In this document: in pieces, positions 62,321 through 64,000 of the stretch
Numbering within the stretch: position 1 is the first letter of the stretch
Layout: each line of letters opens with the position of its first letter
Source of the DNA: Tubulanus polymorphus
Taxonomy: Eukaryota; Animalia; Nemertea
Length of the DNA: 64,000 bases
Direction: 5' to 3'
NCBI RefSeq assembly: GCF_964204645.1
Contig: NC_134027.1
Span: forward strand, 17,136,560 to 17,200,559
Position numbers and translations under genes: made by a program
Notes under the pieces: generated by a model
Database searches by the model: none
Told to the model about the DNA's origin: nothing
The model's input: only the letters and a program-made list of their open reading frames with translations

Positions 62321-64000
62321 AATAATAATGATAATAATCTTTATTTTTCAAAGAAATTGAAACAATTTATAACATGATATCCATACATTAATATAAATAA
62401 GTATAAAATGTGCCAATATCAAATGAAGGAACCCAGTGAAGCAAATGCTTGTAGATCTGGGCACCCACTCTACACACATTCATTCTTCACAAGCATGCAG
62501 ACATTCACAGATTCACACACAACATACCAGTACAGTAAACATGGCTCAGATAAATGATTGTTTGAAATTCAGTATTTTAAGAGTTTATTGCTTTTAAATG
62601 ATTGTTTGAGGGAATTTAGTGATTTTTTTTATTTGAGGTTGTAATTGGAGTTTTGCCACATTATTGGAATTAAATTGAGGAAACTTTTATTATAAATGCT
62701 TTTCTTATGGTGAGCGTTTCGGGGATGATTGTGCTGACGAGTATTGTACTGATGATATACCGAATTCTTTTGAAATAAGTCTATGATCGGTGCTGGTAGT
62801 TCATTGTTGATAAGCTGATATGCGTGTCTAAGTATTTCTAACTGGATCATATCTTGGAATTTTAGAATTTTTAATTTGCGAAAGATTGGATCTGTGGGGC
62901 TATTGTATGCTGATTTAGAAATAATTCGAACGGCTTTTTTCTGTAATTTTTCTAATCTGGACAGGTTTCTTTTTAAGATAAGAGGGCCCCATGAGATGAG
63001 TGAGTACGTAAAATGGCAATGGATATAACTGAAATAAAGTTGTCTTAAACAATATGTAGGTACTAAATGTTTAACAGAGTTAATCAAATAAATTTGACTG
63101 GCTATTTTGGTGCAGATTTTACTAATGTGTAAATTGAAATCAAGAAACTCGTATCAATGTAATCCAAGGAAGCATGTTGATGATACTAAATTAAGTTCCT
63201 TGTTGTCTACTTTTATCGTATAATCTTGATTCTTAATATTTTTAATTCTATTTGGTTTAAAAAGAATTACTTTTGTTTTAGAAATGTTAACAGTTAAATT
63301 ATTAGCAGTAAACCAATCTTGTAGTATATTCAAGTCATTTTCAATGGTTTGTATCAGATAATCAATTGAGCTTCCACTAATATATACGGTCGTGTCGTCG
63401 GCGAATAAGATAGGTTTACATTTTTTCAGACACATGTATACTAAAAACAGTAATGGTCCTAATACGGAACCTTGAGGTATACCGTAGTTAATGTGTGATA
63501 TTTCAGATTGAATACTGGAGTAGTTAACATACATTGAGCGCTTTTCTAGGTAACTTTTAAACCATGACAAAACATTTCCTCTTATACCATATACATATAA
63601 TTTATGAATTAGATATTCAATATTTAGGCAATCGAATGCTTTACTCAAATCAATAAATGCGGCTAGTGTAAAACAGTTACATTCAAATGATTTTATTATA
63701 TTTCCTATTAGTTCCATGCTAGCATGGCTGGTAGCATGGCCAGTTCTAAAACCATATTGACTTTTATATAAGATAGAGTACTTATCCAAATAGCCATATA
63801 ATCGCTTGTGTATTATCTTTTCAAGAATTTTAGAGATGGTTGGCAATAGTGATATCGGTCGATAGTTTTCAAAGCTCCTTTTATCGTCTCTTTTATAGAT
63901 AGGTGTAACACTGGCTATTTTAAATGCGTCCGGGAAGATTCCAGTTTCTATTGATTTATTAAACATTGTAACAAGAGGTTTTGCAATTATGTTACCGATG
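62320..64000 (-). mobile_element. CR1-group (Crack/Daphne-like) LINE RT, runs off the window end
   Basis: YRPISLLP, QYGFR, DLSKAFD, GIPQGSVLGP, FADD, LQKKAVRII; AATAAA plus (ATT)n tail at ~62320-62350. Confidence 0.9.

Overview
AT-rich eukaryotic (animal; probably marine invertebrate, inferred from the TE types and GT-AG introns) repeat cluster with no recognisable host gene. Its centrepiece is a full-length but decayed Polinton/Maverick-like endogenous virus at 15637-39005. It has a 6-bp TSD AGGGTC and ~400-bp TIRs, and encodes OTU-type pPolB, minor and major capsid candidates, a packaging ATPase, an rve integrase and many membrane proteins, with no recognisable maturation protease. An apparently intact ISL2EU-type (PIF/Harbinger-related) transposon and a small Helitron are inserted in it. 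Several further fragmented, rearranged relatives of the Polinton surround it, mixed with non-autonomous Helentron-like elements carrying 31-bp and ~155-bp tandem repeats, a Penelope-like element with a hammerhead motif, and two LINEs. The most unusual signal is at the Polinton termini. Each end is itself a long fold-back palindrome whose mismatches are G-T wobbles on the 3'-ending strand, and this structure is conserved, with compensatory changes, in a second family member. All calls were made by eye; no database searches were run.
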